Assembly: GCA_965649225.1 (NCBI GenBank)
Contig: CBFGJX010000008.1
Span: forward strand, 21,512-85,511
Source of the DNA: a candidate division WOR-3 bacterium
GTDB taxonomy: Bacteria > Hydrothermota > Tepidihabitantia > Tepidihabitantales > Tepidihabitantaceae
Direction of reading: 5' to 3'
Length of the DNA: 64,000 bases
Shown here: one piece after another, positions 36,719-45,189 of the stretch
Layout: each line of letters starts with the position of its first letter
How positions within the stretch are numbered: position 1 is the stretch's first letter
Program-made: the position numbers and the translations under genes
Notes under the pieces: model-generated
Told to the model about the DNA's origin: nothing
The model's input: the letters and a program-made list of their open reading frames with translations, nothing else
Database searches by the model: none

Positions 36719-38272
36719 ATGACACGCATCGTGATTCTGAGTGCAATGCTCTGTGCCGCTGCCGCCGCGCAAACCGGTGTGGTCGACACCGTCGGTGGCA
36801 CGACGTTTGACAACCAGAACACCGGACCGGCCCTGCAGTGGATAATCAATGACCCGCATAACGGCATCCATGTGACCTGGCTTTACAGCGCGCTGGCGCG
36901 CGGATCGAACTGGCCTGACCGGACGATGAAGTACAACTATCTGGACCGCGCGACCGGCGAGTGGAACTGGATGGATCCGAATGATTACATGCTGTCGGGC
37001 CTTAACTCCCAGAACCGGCGCACCGGGTACGGAACGATGGAAATTGACCCGACCGATGGTGCAGCGTTGATTGCGGCACACTACAGCTTGGGCGGGATGC
37101 CACCGCAGTGGTGCCCGGTCGTGGCGCGGGACGTCGCTCCAGGGGGTGGAATCTTCGACTGGTGCGTTGGCGAGCCGAACTTGGTGAATCACTTCCTGCC
37201 CGTAGTGGCGGTCTCGCCGGGCGGCATCATCCACCTGCTGCACATTCAGTTTGCCACTTCGGACAATCTGTTCTACTCACGCTCGACCAGCTGGTGTAAC
37301 TGGGACGGACCGCAAGGCTGGCAGCAGTCAGGCGCGTACGGCCACAATCTGTGCGCGTCGCACCAATCCGACGCCGTGGTCGCATCTTGGCTCCGTGGTT
37401 CGGGTAGTGAAGCGGCCCTGTTCGTGCGAATGTCGACCGACGCGGGCGCGAGCTGGGCCATACCCACCGAACTCGTGCCGCCGAGCGTATACGGCGGCGA
37501 TACGGTCACCGCCTGCGGCCAGGGCGCGAATGTACTGTTTGACCGCAATGACGACTGGCTGCTGGCGACCGTGCTGGTGCCAGTGGTGGCCGAGACCGCA
37601 CGCAGCAACCCGGCCGAGATATGGGTGTTCAAATCGGCCGGGGCAAGCTGGCACCGGGTGCGCCGGGCCGGCGCACGGACGCCGGCAGGGTCTTTGGGGT
37701 CGAACGCGACATTCTGCGGCCGGCCTTCGCTTGGGCAGAATCCGGTGACCGGGCGATTCTGGATCACTTGGGAAGAGTTCGACTCACTCGACGTTGAGCC
37801 GAGCACCGGACTGTTGCGAGCCGAGGTCTGGTGCGCATGGTCGGACGACGGAGCTGCCTGGTCAGAGCCGGTTCGGCTGACGTCGCCTGACGGCACCTCA
37901 AAGCGGTTCCCGGTTCTGGCGCGTGACTGCACGGACGATTCGCTGGCGGTGTTCTACGTCCAGGACCTCATTGCCGGATTCAACTCCGATTCGGTCGGGG
38001 CAGTGTCGAATAACCCGGTTTGCGTCTGGCGGGGCGCGCTCGCGGGTATCGCCGAGGCTGCCAGAAGCGGGCCGCACATCCGTCTGGCCGGGCACGGTAT
38101 CGCGCGCGCCGGTGTGTCGCTGACAGTTGCCGGCCGGGCAAGGCTGCTCGGGCCGGATGGCCGCGTCGCGGTCGCAGGCCGGGGCGGGCGCGTTGCGACG
38201 GCCGGACTGAGAGCCGGCGTTTACTGGCTTGATGACGGGGTCGCGCGCCGCCGGTTTGTTATCCTGCGCTGA
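36719..38272 (+). CDS. Secreted BNR/Asp-box sialidase-like β-propeller protein with a class-B C-terminal tail
   Basis: Signal peptide MTRIVILSAMLCAAAAAQ. Asp-box-like STDAGASW and SDDGAAWS. Blades similar to the N-terminus of the giant protein (…DPHNGIHVTWLY…). The tail is …LLGPDGRVAVAGRGGRVATAGLRAGVYWLDDGVARRRFVILR. Confidence 0.65.
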   Translation: MTRIVILSAMLCAAAAAQTGVVDTVGGTTFDNQNTGPALQWIINDPHNGIHVTWLYSALARGSNWPDRTMKYNYLDRATGEWNWMDPNDYMLSGLNSQNRRTGYGTMEIDPTDGAALIAAHYSLGGMPPQWCPVVARDVAPGGGIFDWCVGEPNLVNHFLPVVAVSPGGIIHLLHIQFATSDNLFYSRSTSWCNWDGPQGWQQSGAYGHNLCASHQSDAVVASWLRGSGSEAALFVRMSTDAGASWAIPTELVPPSVYGGDTVTACGQGANVLFDRNDDWLLATVLVPVVAETARSNPAEIWVFKSAGASWHRVRRAGARTPAGSLGSNATFCGRPSLGQNPVTGRFWITWEEFDSLDVEPSTGLLRAEVWCAWSDDGAAWSEPVRLTSPDGTSKRFPVLARDCTDDSLAVFYVQDLIAGFNSDSVGAVSNNPVCVWRGALAGIAEAARSGPHIRLAGHGIARAGVSLTVAGRARLLGPDGRVAVAGRGGRVATAGLRAGVYWLDDGVARRRFVILR

Positions 38273-38444
38273 GCAGTCGGCAACAGCCGGCTGGGCCGGG
38301 CATGCAAGCGGTCGTGATGAGAGGCAAGGACGACATCGGCCCGGGTCAGACGCGGCGATCGAAATGAGCGGCAAAACCGGAAGCGGCTCGCCTGGACTGC
38401 CGTTGATTGACGAGCCGAATGAGATTGTCAACCAGGAGGAATAA

Positions 38445-38765
38445 GTGGCAGGTGACAAACAGAAGTCGTTGTGGGATGAGGTTGCCGGCTGGCTGACCGG
38501 TACGGCCGATTCGGCAATCCGCGAGGCTGAAGACCTGACCCGGCGCGGCCGGCTGAAAATGGAGATGATGCGGCTGAGCCGGGATATCGAGAAGGTGATG
38601 GCCCGGCTGGGCGCGCGAGTTTACCGGCTGATCGAAAGCGGTGAGGATGCTCTGACGACTGACGACGAAGTCGTAAAACTGGCAGCCGAGCTGCGGGAAC
38701 TGGAGGCCGAACTCAAACAGCGCCGGGCCGAGTACGAGGCAGAGAAGAAAAAGAAACGCCGTTAG
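38445..38765 (+). CDS. Small coiled-coil protein, hypothetical
   Basis: GTG after AGGAGGAATAA. Highly charged helical sequence (…ELRELEAELKQRRAEYEAEKKKKRR). Confidence 0.45.
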   Translation: MAGDKQKSLWDEVAGWLTGTADSAIREAEDLTRRGRLKMEMMRLSRDIEKVMARLGARVYRLIESGEDALTTDDEVVKLAAELRELEAELKQRRAEYEAEKKKKRR

Positions 38766-39337
38766 CCGGCACGCTTGCCGCTGCGGCCGGGTTCCTCCAG
38801 CGGCAGGCCGGCGCGGCAGAGCGGACAGTCCTCGGCCGCGTAGGTGGTAACCTGTTGCCGGTAGGCGCTGAACAGCGTCAGGCCGAAGTCAACGCCCGGG
38901 CTGCGATCGATGAAGACACCGACGCCGATGATGCCGGCTCCGGTGGCCTGTACTGCGGCAATGGTTTCCCTAATCGAACCGCCGGTGGTCATCACGTCGT
39001 CCACGACCAGCACCCGGTCGTCCGGTCCGAGTCTGAACCCGCGGCCGATGCGGCGGCCGGTGTCGGCTTTTTCGGCGATGATGCAGCGGGTGCCGAGCTG
39101 ACGCGCGACCTCGTAGGCGATGATGACGCCGCCGGTGGTCGGGCCGCAGACCGCGCTCGGAGCACTGGCGCGAAACCGGTCGGCGACCGTCCGGGCGAAA
39201 GCTTCACATACCGGCGGTTGTTCCAGAATACGGAACTTCTCGAAGTAGCGGTCCGAGTGCCGGCCTGAGGTCAGAAGGAAATGGCCCTCGCGCAGCACCC
39301 CGTATTGTTTCAGCAGGGCGGCAAGCTCAGCGTTCAC
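38762..39337 (-). CDS. pyrE: Orotate phosphoribosyltransferase
   Basis: The PRPP-binding motif VLVVDDVMTTGGS. Typical PyrE length of 191 aa. Confidence 0.9.
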   Translation of the reverse strand: MNAELAALLKQYGVLREGHFLLTSGRHSDRYFEKFRILEQPPVCEAFARTVADRFRASAPSAVCGPTTGGVIIAYEVARQLGTRCIIAEKADTGRRIGRGFRLGPDDRVLVVDDVMTTGGSIRETIAAVQATGAGIIGVGVFIDRSPGVDFGLTLFSAYRQQVTTYAAEDCPLCRAGLPLEEPGRSGKRAG

Positions 39338-40038
39338 TGCGCTCCTCCCGGTTTGAGTTCCTGGCGGATTCGCTCCAGTGCGGCCAGGGGGTCAGCCGCA
39401 GCATACACCGGCCGGCCGACCACGATGTAGTCGGCACCGGCCCGCGCCGCCTCGGCCGGGGTCATGGTGCGGGCCTGGTCGTCAGGCGCGTCCGTGCTCA
39501 TTCTGATGCCCGGAGTGACAATTTTCAGCGTGCTGCCGCAGACGGAGCGAATCACGGCAATCTCATTGGGCGACGATACGACGCCACCGCAGCCCGCGTC
39601 CCGCGCCATCCGGGCAAGCGCCGCCACCCGCTCCGTTACCGGCTGGCGCCGGCCGGTAACCTGCTCCAGTGCCGCCACGTCAAGACTGGTGAGGACGGTT
39701 ACGCCGAGGACCAGCGGCCGGGTCGGCGATTTTTCGGCGGCCTGTGCTGCGGCCTCCAGCATTTTCGGCCCGCCCATCGTGTGCACGGTCAGCATGTTCA
39801 CGCCGAGTTCGGCTGCGGCACTCACCGCCCTGGCCACGACCGAGGGAATGTCCGAGAACTTCAGGTCGAGAAATACCGCTGCCTTCCGGCTGGTAAACTG
39901 CTGCACCAGCGCCGGGCCGGAACGGGTAAACAGGTCAATGCCGATTTTGTAAACATCGACTGCACTGCCGAGTCGGTTCAGCCAGCCGAGTGCCTGTTCG
40001 GCGGTGTCAACATTGAGGGCGAGAACAATTCTGGTCAT
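39334..40038 (-). CDS. pyrF: Orotidine-5'-phosphate decarboxylase
   Basis: YKIGIDLF…LDLKFSDIP…VHTMGG are ODCase active-site motifs. Confidence 0.85.
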   Translation of the reverse strand: MTRIVLALNVDTAEQALGWLNRLGSAVDVYKIGIDLFTRSGPALVQQFTSRKAAVFLDLKFSDIPSVVARAVSAAAELGVNMLTVHTMGGPKMLEAAAQAAEKSPTRPLVLGVTVLTSLDVAALEQVTGRRQPVTERVAALARMARDAGCGGVVSSPNEIAVIRSVCGSTLKIVTPGIRMSTDAPDDQARTMTPAEAARAGADYIVVGRPVYAAADPLAALERIRQELKPGGAQ

Positions 40039-40940
40039 TGGTCACTCCGTTGAGTTCGTCCAATCAGTTCTCCGATGGTTCTGATGCCGTGTTGCCGACA
40101 CCAGCCGGCAAGTCCGTCGGCGATTTCGGCCGCAGCCGCCGGATTGGCCAGACTGGCGGTGCCGACCTGGACCAGCGTTGCGCCGGCGGACAGGAAGTCA
40201 ATGGCATCGGCAACCGTCATGATTCCACCCGAGCCGATGATCGGTATTTTCACTGCCCGGGCGACCCGGTCGACGCAGAAGAGAGCAAATGGTTTGATTG
40301 CCGGGCCGGAGATGCCGCCGCTGCGGCCGCCCAGAAAAGGCCGACCCGCGGCATCCAGTGCTAGACCGAAAAGGGTATTGATGAGCGTTACTGCGTCAGC
40401 GCCGCCCTCGGCCGCCGCCGCGGCCGTTTCGACCGGGTCAACAAAGTTGGCGGTCAGTTTGACCGCGAGAAACTTGGCCGTTTTCTCTCGGCAGGCACGG
40501 GTGATGCGCTCGACCGCAGTGGCCGACTGGCCGAACTGGGTGCCGCCGGATTTGACATTGGGACAGGAGACGTTCAGTTCGAAGCCGTCCACCGGCGTGG
40601 CAGTCAATCGTTCGACGATGGCGGCATATTCCTCGAGGCCGAAGCCGGCGACGTTGACAATCAGCCGGGTGCGGCGGCGGCTGAGACCGGGCAGGATGTC
40701 GGTTATGAATGATTCCAGACCGGGATTCTCCAGCCCGACCGAGTTCAGGATGCCACCGGGAAATTCAAAAATCCGCGGCGGCGGGTTGCCGGGTCGGGGC
40801 AGCAGTGAAACACCTTTGGTGACGATGCCGCCGAGCCGGGCCGTCACCGTCGGAAAGTCGTTGCCGAAACCGAAAGTCCCGGATGCCGTCAGCACCGGAT
40901 TGGCAAATTCCAGCGGCCCGAGCCGGACGGTCAGGTTCAC
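40035..40940 (-). CDS. pyrD: Dihydroorotate dehydrogenase (class 1B) catalytic subunit
   Basis: NPVLTASGTFGFG…GGI…NVSCPN…GSGGI are class-1 DHOD motifs. It overlaps pyrK and pyrF by 4 nt each. Confidence 0.9.
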   Translation of the reverse strand: MNLTVRLGPLEFANPVLTASGTFGFGNDFPTVTARLGGIVTKGVSLLPRPGNPPPRIFEFPGGILNSVGLENPGLESFITDILPGLSRRRTRLIVNVAGFGLEEYAAIVERLTATPVDGFELNVSCPNVKSGGTQFGQSATAVERITRACREKTAKFLAVKLTANFVDPVETAAAAAEGGADAVTLINTLFGLALDAAGRPFLGGRSGGISGPAIKPFALFCVDRVARAVKIPIIGSGGIMTVADAIDFLSAGATLVQVGTASLANPAAAAEIADGLAGWCRQHGIRTIGELIGRTQRSDQ

Positions 40941-41671
40941 AACACCACCTCGTTCAGCAGCAGTACCGGGCCGTCACGGCAGAACCGGGCCCAGCCACCG
41001 TCACGCCGGGGCAGGGCACAGCAGTAGCAGATGCCGGTGCCGCAGCCCATTCTTTCCTCGACAAATCCCCAGACCGGAATCGGGTCAAGACGCCGTACCA
41101 GCTCGGCCAGCATCGGTTTCGGGCCACAAGCGTAGACAACCGGATCGCGGGCAGCGCGGGCGGCCGGAATCGCGAGGTCGGTGACCGGGCCCTGCCGGCC
41201 GCGGCTGCCGTCATCGGTGGCGATGTGTGGTCGGACGCCCAGTCGGCGAAACTCGGCCGCAAGCACTATTCCGGCAGCCGTGCGGGCACCCAGAAATGCC
41301 TGCAGGTGGTTCTGCCGATGGGCATGGCGGGCGAGAAACAGCAGTGGCGGGATGCCGATGCCGCCGCCGCAGATGATGACGTCGCGGCCGGTTGGAATCG
41401 GCGCCGGCCGGCCGAGTGGGCCGAGGAGGTCGAGTCTGTCGCCAGTACGGACCCGGGACAGCAGTTCGGTGCCACGGCCGGCGATTCGAAACACCAGCCG
41501 CAGTCGGCCGCCGGCGCAATCAGCGACCGAAAGCGGTCGGCGCAGCAGCGGATCGAGGCCGGGACTGACCCGGACGTTGAAGAACTGGCCGGGGTGGATT
41601 TTTCGGGCCGGGAGCGGTTGTTTGAGCCAGAGAGAAATGATATCCGGGGCCAGGTTTCGGCGCGCCAGCAC
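40937..41671 (-). CDS. pyrK: Dihydroorotate dehydrogenase electron-transfer subunit (FAD/NAD + [2Fe-2S])
   Basis: RPLSVA, GGGIGIPPL, and the C-terminal cluster CGTGICYCC. Confidence 0.85.
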   Translation of the reverse strand: MLARRNLAPDIISLWLKQPLPARKIHPGQFFNVRVSPGLDPLLRRPLSVADCAGGRLRLVFRIAGRGTELLSRVRTGDRLDLLGPLGRPAPIPTGRDVIICGGGIGIPPLLFLARHAHRQNHLQAFLGARTAAGIVLAAEFRRLGVRPHIATDDGSRGRQGPVTDLAIPAARAARDPVVYACGPKPMLAELVRRLDPIPVWGFVEERMGCGTGICYCCALPRRDGGWARFCRDGPVLLLNEVVL

Positions 41672-41688
41672 GGGACACTGGTGTGGCC

Positions 41689-43584
41689 CTAGCGAAGTTC
41701 GAATTCCACCCTCCGGTTAAGCGCGTACTGCCGGGGGTCAAGAGTTACCGGTCGACTCTCACCTTCACTGGCAGCCTCGAGCCGGTCCGGATTGATCCCC
41801 TCGGCGATCAGCAGTGCGCGGACAGTCTCGGCGCGGCGCTGGCCGAGAGCCTGATTGTATGATTCGGAGCCCCGCGGGTCACAGTGGCCGACGAGTCTGA
41901 TCCGGGCAGTGATGCTGTCCTGAATCAGCCGGGCGTTGCGGCGCAGTTTTTCCAGCTGGTCGGAACGGAGCGAGGCACTGTCGGTGTCGAAGTAGAGCGG
42001 CAGGAGCTGACTTGCAGTTGTCGGGGTTGTGTCGGAGGCTGGCAGCGGCCTGGCGGGTTCCGGCGCCGGGGTGGATTCGCCAGCCAGCTGTTGCAGTTGC
42101 TCCGGCTGCTCCGGTTTGGGTTCGGGTTGGTCCGGAAGCGGCGGCGTTGCCGGCTGAGAGCGGGCGGGCGGGGTCGAGTCGGCCTTTTCCGGCAGAGCAG
42201 TTGACGCAGTTCGACGCTGCGGTACCGGCAGCCCCAGCCAGCGCCGGGCTTCATCGGCGTGCTCGCTGTCCGGATATCGGGCAATCAACCGGTGCAGCAG
42301 CGGTTCGGCGGCAGCGCTGTCGCGCAATGGCGTTCGGAGTATCCAGGCCTGTGCCAGCATCGCCTGGGGTGCGAAGGGACTGTCGGGGAAGGAATCGCTG
42401 ACCTGACCGTACAGTTCGAGTGCCTGCTGGTATTCACCGAGTGCCGCATTGTAGGCTTCGGCGAGCAGAAACAGTGCTTCATCGGCCGGCCGGGTATTGT
42501 TGTTGCGGGCATCGAGCGCTTCGACCAGCAGGCCGCGTCGGGCGGCGTTGATGCCCCAGACCGATTCCGGGCGGCGCAGGCGGGCGGTGTCGTAGCAGGC
42601 CCGGGCAGTGGCGAGGTCGCCGCTGGCCTCAAAGTGGCGGCCGATGCGGAACATCGCCTCGGCGCCATAGTCGTTCTGGCCGCGGACACTGCGCCAGGTC
42701 GTTACCGCTTCGTCGGTGCGCCCCAGTGCCGCCAGCGCGCGGCCGAGCAGCAGGTTGGCCTGGTCGTCGAGTTGAGGATAGCGACCGACGACTTCCCGGG
42801 CCGCCCGTGCGGCCGGCGCCGCCTTGCCCTGTTCAAGGAGCGCGGCGGCCAGCCGGAGCTGGACTTCGGCGCGGCGCCGGGGGTCGGGTGCGGCCCGCAG
42901 GTATTCACGGTAGTTGCGCTCGGCTTCGGCGTAGCTGCCGGCGTCAAAACGGGCGTCGGCCAGCAGTTTCAGTGCTTCGGTGCGCCAGCGTGAGCGGCGG
43001 GAGCGGTTGAGCAGTACCGAAAGCGAATCGAGGCCCCGCTCGGTGTCACCGTGTTCAATCAGGGCAAGTGCGGCAGTGTAGGCGGCGGCATCGGCTTCAC
43101 GCGGCCAGTCGCGCCGGACCGTTGCCAGCGCCAGCATCGCCTCGGCAAAACGTTTCTCGCCCAGCATTGCCCGGGCGCGCCAGAGCGAAGCCGGGCCGGT
43201 GTAGCGCGATTTCGGAAAGGCAAGCAGCAGCCCGTCAAACTGCCGGATGGCCCGGCCGTACTGGCCGGTTTCAAAGTAACTGCGACCGATGAGAAAGAGG
43301 GCATCGTCCACCCAGCGGGAATTGGGCCAGCGCTGGACAACCCGGGCCGACTTTTCAATCGCTTTGTCAAACTTGGCCTTGGCCTGCACCTGCTGATTCT
43401 GTTCCTTCAGGCGCAGGCCTTCGTTGAAGCTTTTCTGGGCATTGTAGAAGGTGTTGAAGTAGGCGCAGCCGGTAATGAACGGCAGCACGAACAGCAGCGG
43501 TACCAGCAATAGTTCCGACCGGAATGCCCAAGGCAGACGCCGGTTCCGGCTAGGAGTTCTGGTGACGCGCAGGGGATGGGTCAA
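41689..43584 (-). CDS. TPR-repeat lipoprotein with a C-terminal OmpA/MotB peptidoglycan-binding domain
   Basis: Lipobox …LPFITGC. More than 8 TPR-like repeats. The C-terminus reads …LYFDTDSASLRSDQ…LVGHCDPRGSESYNQALGQRRAETV…NRRVEF, the OmpA_C signature. A Pro/Glu-rich linker precedes it. Confidence 0.75.
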   Translation of the reverse strand: MTHPLRVTRTPSRNRRLPWAFRSELLLVPLLFVLPFITGCAYFNTFYNAQKSFNEGLRLKEQNQQVQAKAKFDKAIEKSARVVQRWPNSRWVDDALFLIGRSYFETGQYGRAIRQFDGLLLAFPKSRYTGPASLWRARAMLGEKRFAEAMLALATVRRDWPREADAAAYTAALALIEHGDTERGLDSLSVLLNRSRRSRWRTEALKLLADARFDAGSYAEAERNYREYLRAAPDPRRRAEVQLRLAAALLEQGKAAPAARAAREVVGRYPQLDDQANLLLGRALAALGRTDEAVTTWRSVRGQNDYGAEAMFRIGRHFEASGDLATARACYDTARLRRPESVWGINAARRGLLVEALDARNNNTRPADEALFLLAEAYNAALGEYQQALELYGQVSDSFPDSPFAPQAMLAQAWILRTPLRDSAAAEPLLHRLIARYPDSEHADEARRWLGLPVPQRRTASTALPEKADSTPPARSQPATPPLPDQPEPKPEQPEQLQQLAGESTPAPEPARPLPASDTTPTTASQLLPLYFDTDSASLRSDQLEKLRRNARLIQDSITARIRLVGHCDPRGSESYNQALGQRRAETVRALLIAEGINPDRLEAASEGESRPVTLDPRQYALNRRVEFELR

Positions 43585-43707
43585 GCTGTGCTCAGGGCTA
43601 TCTTAATCGGCGCCGCGCCGACCTGTCAAGCCGGCCGCCCCACTTGCCAGAACGACGGTATCGGGCATAATCACTACTGCACTGGCAGATAATCATTAGG
43701 AGTCATT

Positions 43708-45186
43708 GTGAACCGAGAATCGATCGCTGCGGCAGTCAGGTCTGAACTGGACCGAATGGGTGCGGCAGGGTGCAGCTTTGCCGATGCCCGCTTCTACGAT
43801 GAGGACCGGAGTGAAACGCTGGTTTTGCGCGATGGCAACCTCGAAGCCAACCACGGGGCGCTGGAGCGCGGCATCGGCGTGCGCGTGCTCTGTGACGGGG
43901 CGTGGGGTTTTGCCGCTTCGGCGGAACTGGGGGCGATAGCTTCGGTGTTTGACCGGGCGCTGGCCAATGCCCGTGCCGCCGCCCGGCTGCCTGGTTTTCC
44001 CAAGACCATGGGTACGGCCAGTCCGGTCAAGGGCAGTTACCGGCCGCCGGTTGAGCGTGACCCGTTTGAACTACCGCTCGCCGACAAGCTCGGACTGCTG
44101 AAGGGCATCGATGCGGCACTGGCCGACCCGGCGGTGGCGCACCGGATGGTGATGGCCCGGTTTCAGCGCCGACGGATTCACTACTGGAACAGTGAAGGAA
44201 CGGAAATTGACCGGGCGGTGCTCAACATTTTCGCTCAGATGATGGTAATGGCGCCGGATGCCGATGGCCGGATGCAGCGGCGCAGCTGGGAGCTGGCCGG
44301 CGACGGTGGCGGTACCCGTGGCTGGGAGTGGTTGGCCGATGACAACTGCTTCGGCGGCCACGCCGAGCGGATCAAGTCCGAACTCGGTCAGATTGTCGCG
44401 GCGCCGCCGATGCCGCCCGGGCGCCGGCAACTGATCATTCTGCCCGGCCAGGGGTTTTTGCAGGTGCACGAAACCATCGGCCACGCGCTCGAGCTTGACC
44501 GCATCCTCGGCTACGAGCTGTCGTTTGCCGGCGGTTCGCATGTCCGGCCGGAGATGATTGGCAGTCTGCGCTACGGTTCGAAGCTGCTCAACTGCCGGGC
44601 CGGAGTGACACCCAATTCGCCCGGCACCTTCGGTTATGACGACGAGGGTACGCCGCAGTACGAATACTATCTGATCAAAGAGGGGATACTGGTCAACGTG
44701 CTGTCGTCACGCGCCGACCTGGCCGAAGCCAATGCCAAGGCCGGTCGGACAGTGGTGAGCCGGTCCGGGGCCGCGGCGCGGGCCTGCGCATTCTACCGGA
44801 CACCGATTGACCGGATGACCAACATCAACATCGACCCGGGCGACGGCGGAACGCTTGAAGACATTATCGCCGCCACCGAGGACGGCTGTATCGTCGATGT
44901 GCCGGTGTCGTGGTCGATTGGCTCCAACCGCGAGCATTTCCACTTCGGCTGCGAGATTGCCTGGCAGGTGAAGGACGGCCGCCGGCTGGGGGTCTGGAAG
45001 AATGCGACCTATCACGGCCACACGCTGGAGTTCTGGAATTCGCTCGACCGGGTCGGTTCGGCGCCGACCTGGCGGCTGCAGCAGGTGCCCAATTGCGGCA
45101 AGGGCGAGCCGAACCAGATTATGGAACTTGGTCACGGCATCCCGGTGATGCGTTTCGCCGGCGTCGAGACCGGGGAGAAGGAGTAA
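43708..45186 (+). CDS. tldD: TldD-family metalloprotease
   Basis: HETIGHALELD is the TldD HExxxH zinc site. Length 492 aa. Confidence 0.85.
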   Translation: MNRESIAAAVRSELDRMGAAGCSFADARFYDEDRSETLVLRDGNLEANHGALERGIGVRVLCDGAWGFAASAELGAIASVFDRALANARAAARLPGFPKTMGTASPVKGSYRPPVERDPFELPLADKLGLLKGIDAALADPAVAHRMVMARFQRRRIHYWNSEGTEIDRAVLNIFAQMMVMAPDADGRMQRRSWELAGDGGGTRGWEWLADDNCFGGHAERIKSELGQIVAAPPMPPGRRQLIILPGQGFLQVHETIGHALELDRILGYELSFAGGSHVRPEMIGSLRYGSKLLNCRAGVTPNSPGTFGYDDEGTPQYEYYLIKEGILVNVLSSRADLAEANAKAGRTVVSRSGAAARACAFYRTPIDRMTNINIDPGDGGTLEDIIAATEDGCIVDVPVSWSIGSNREHFHFGCEIAWQVKDGRRLGVWKNATYHGHTLEFWNSLDRVGSAPTWRLQQVPNCGKGEPNQIMELGHGIPVMRFAGVETGEKE

Positions 45187-45189
45187 GTC

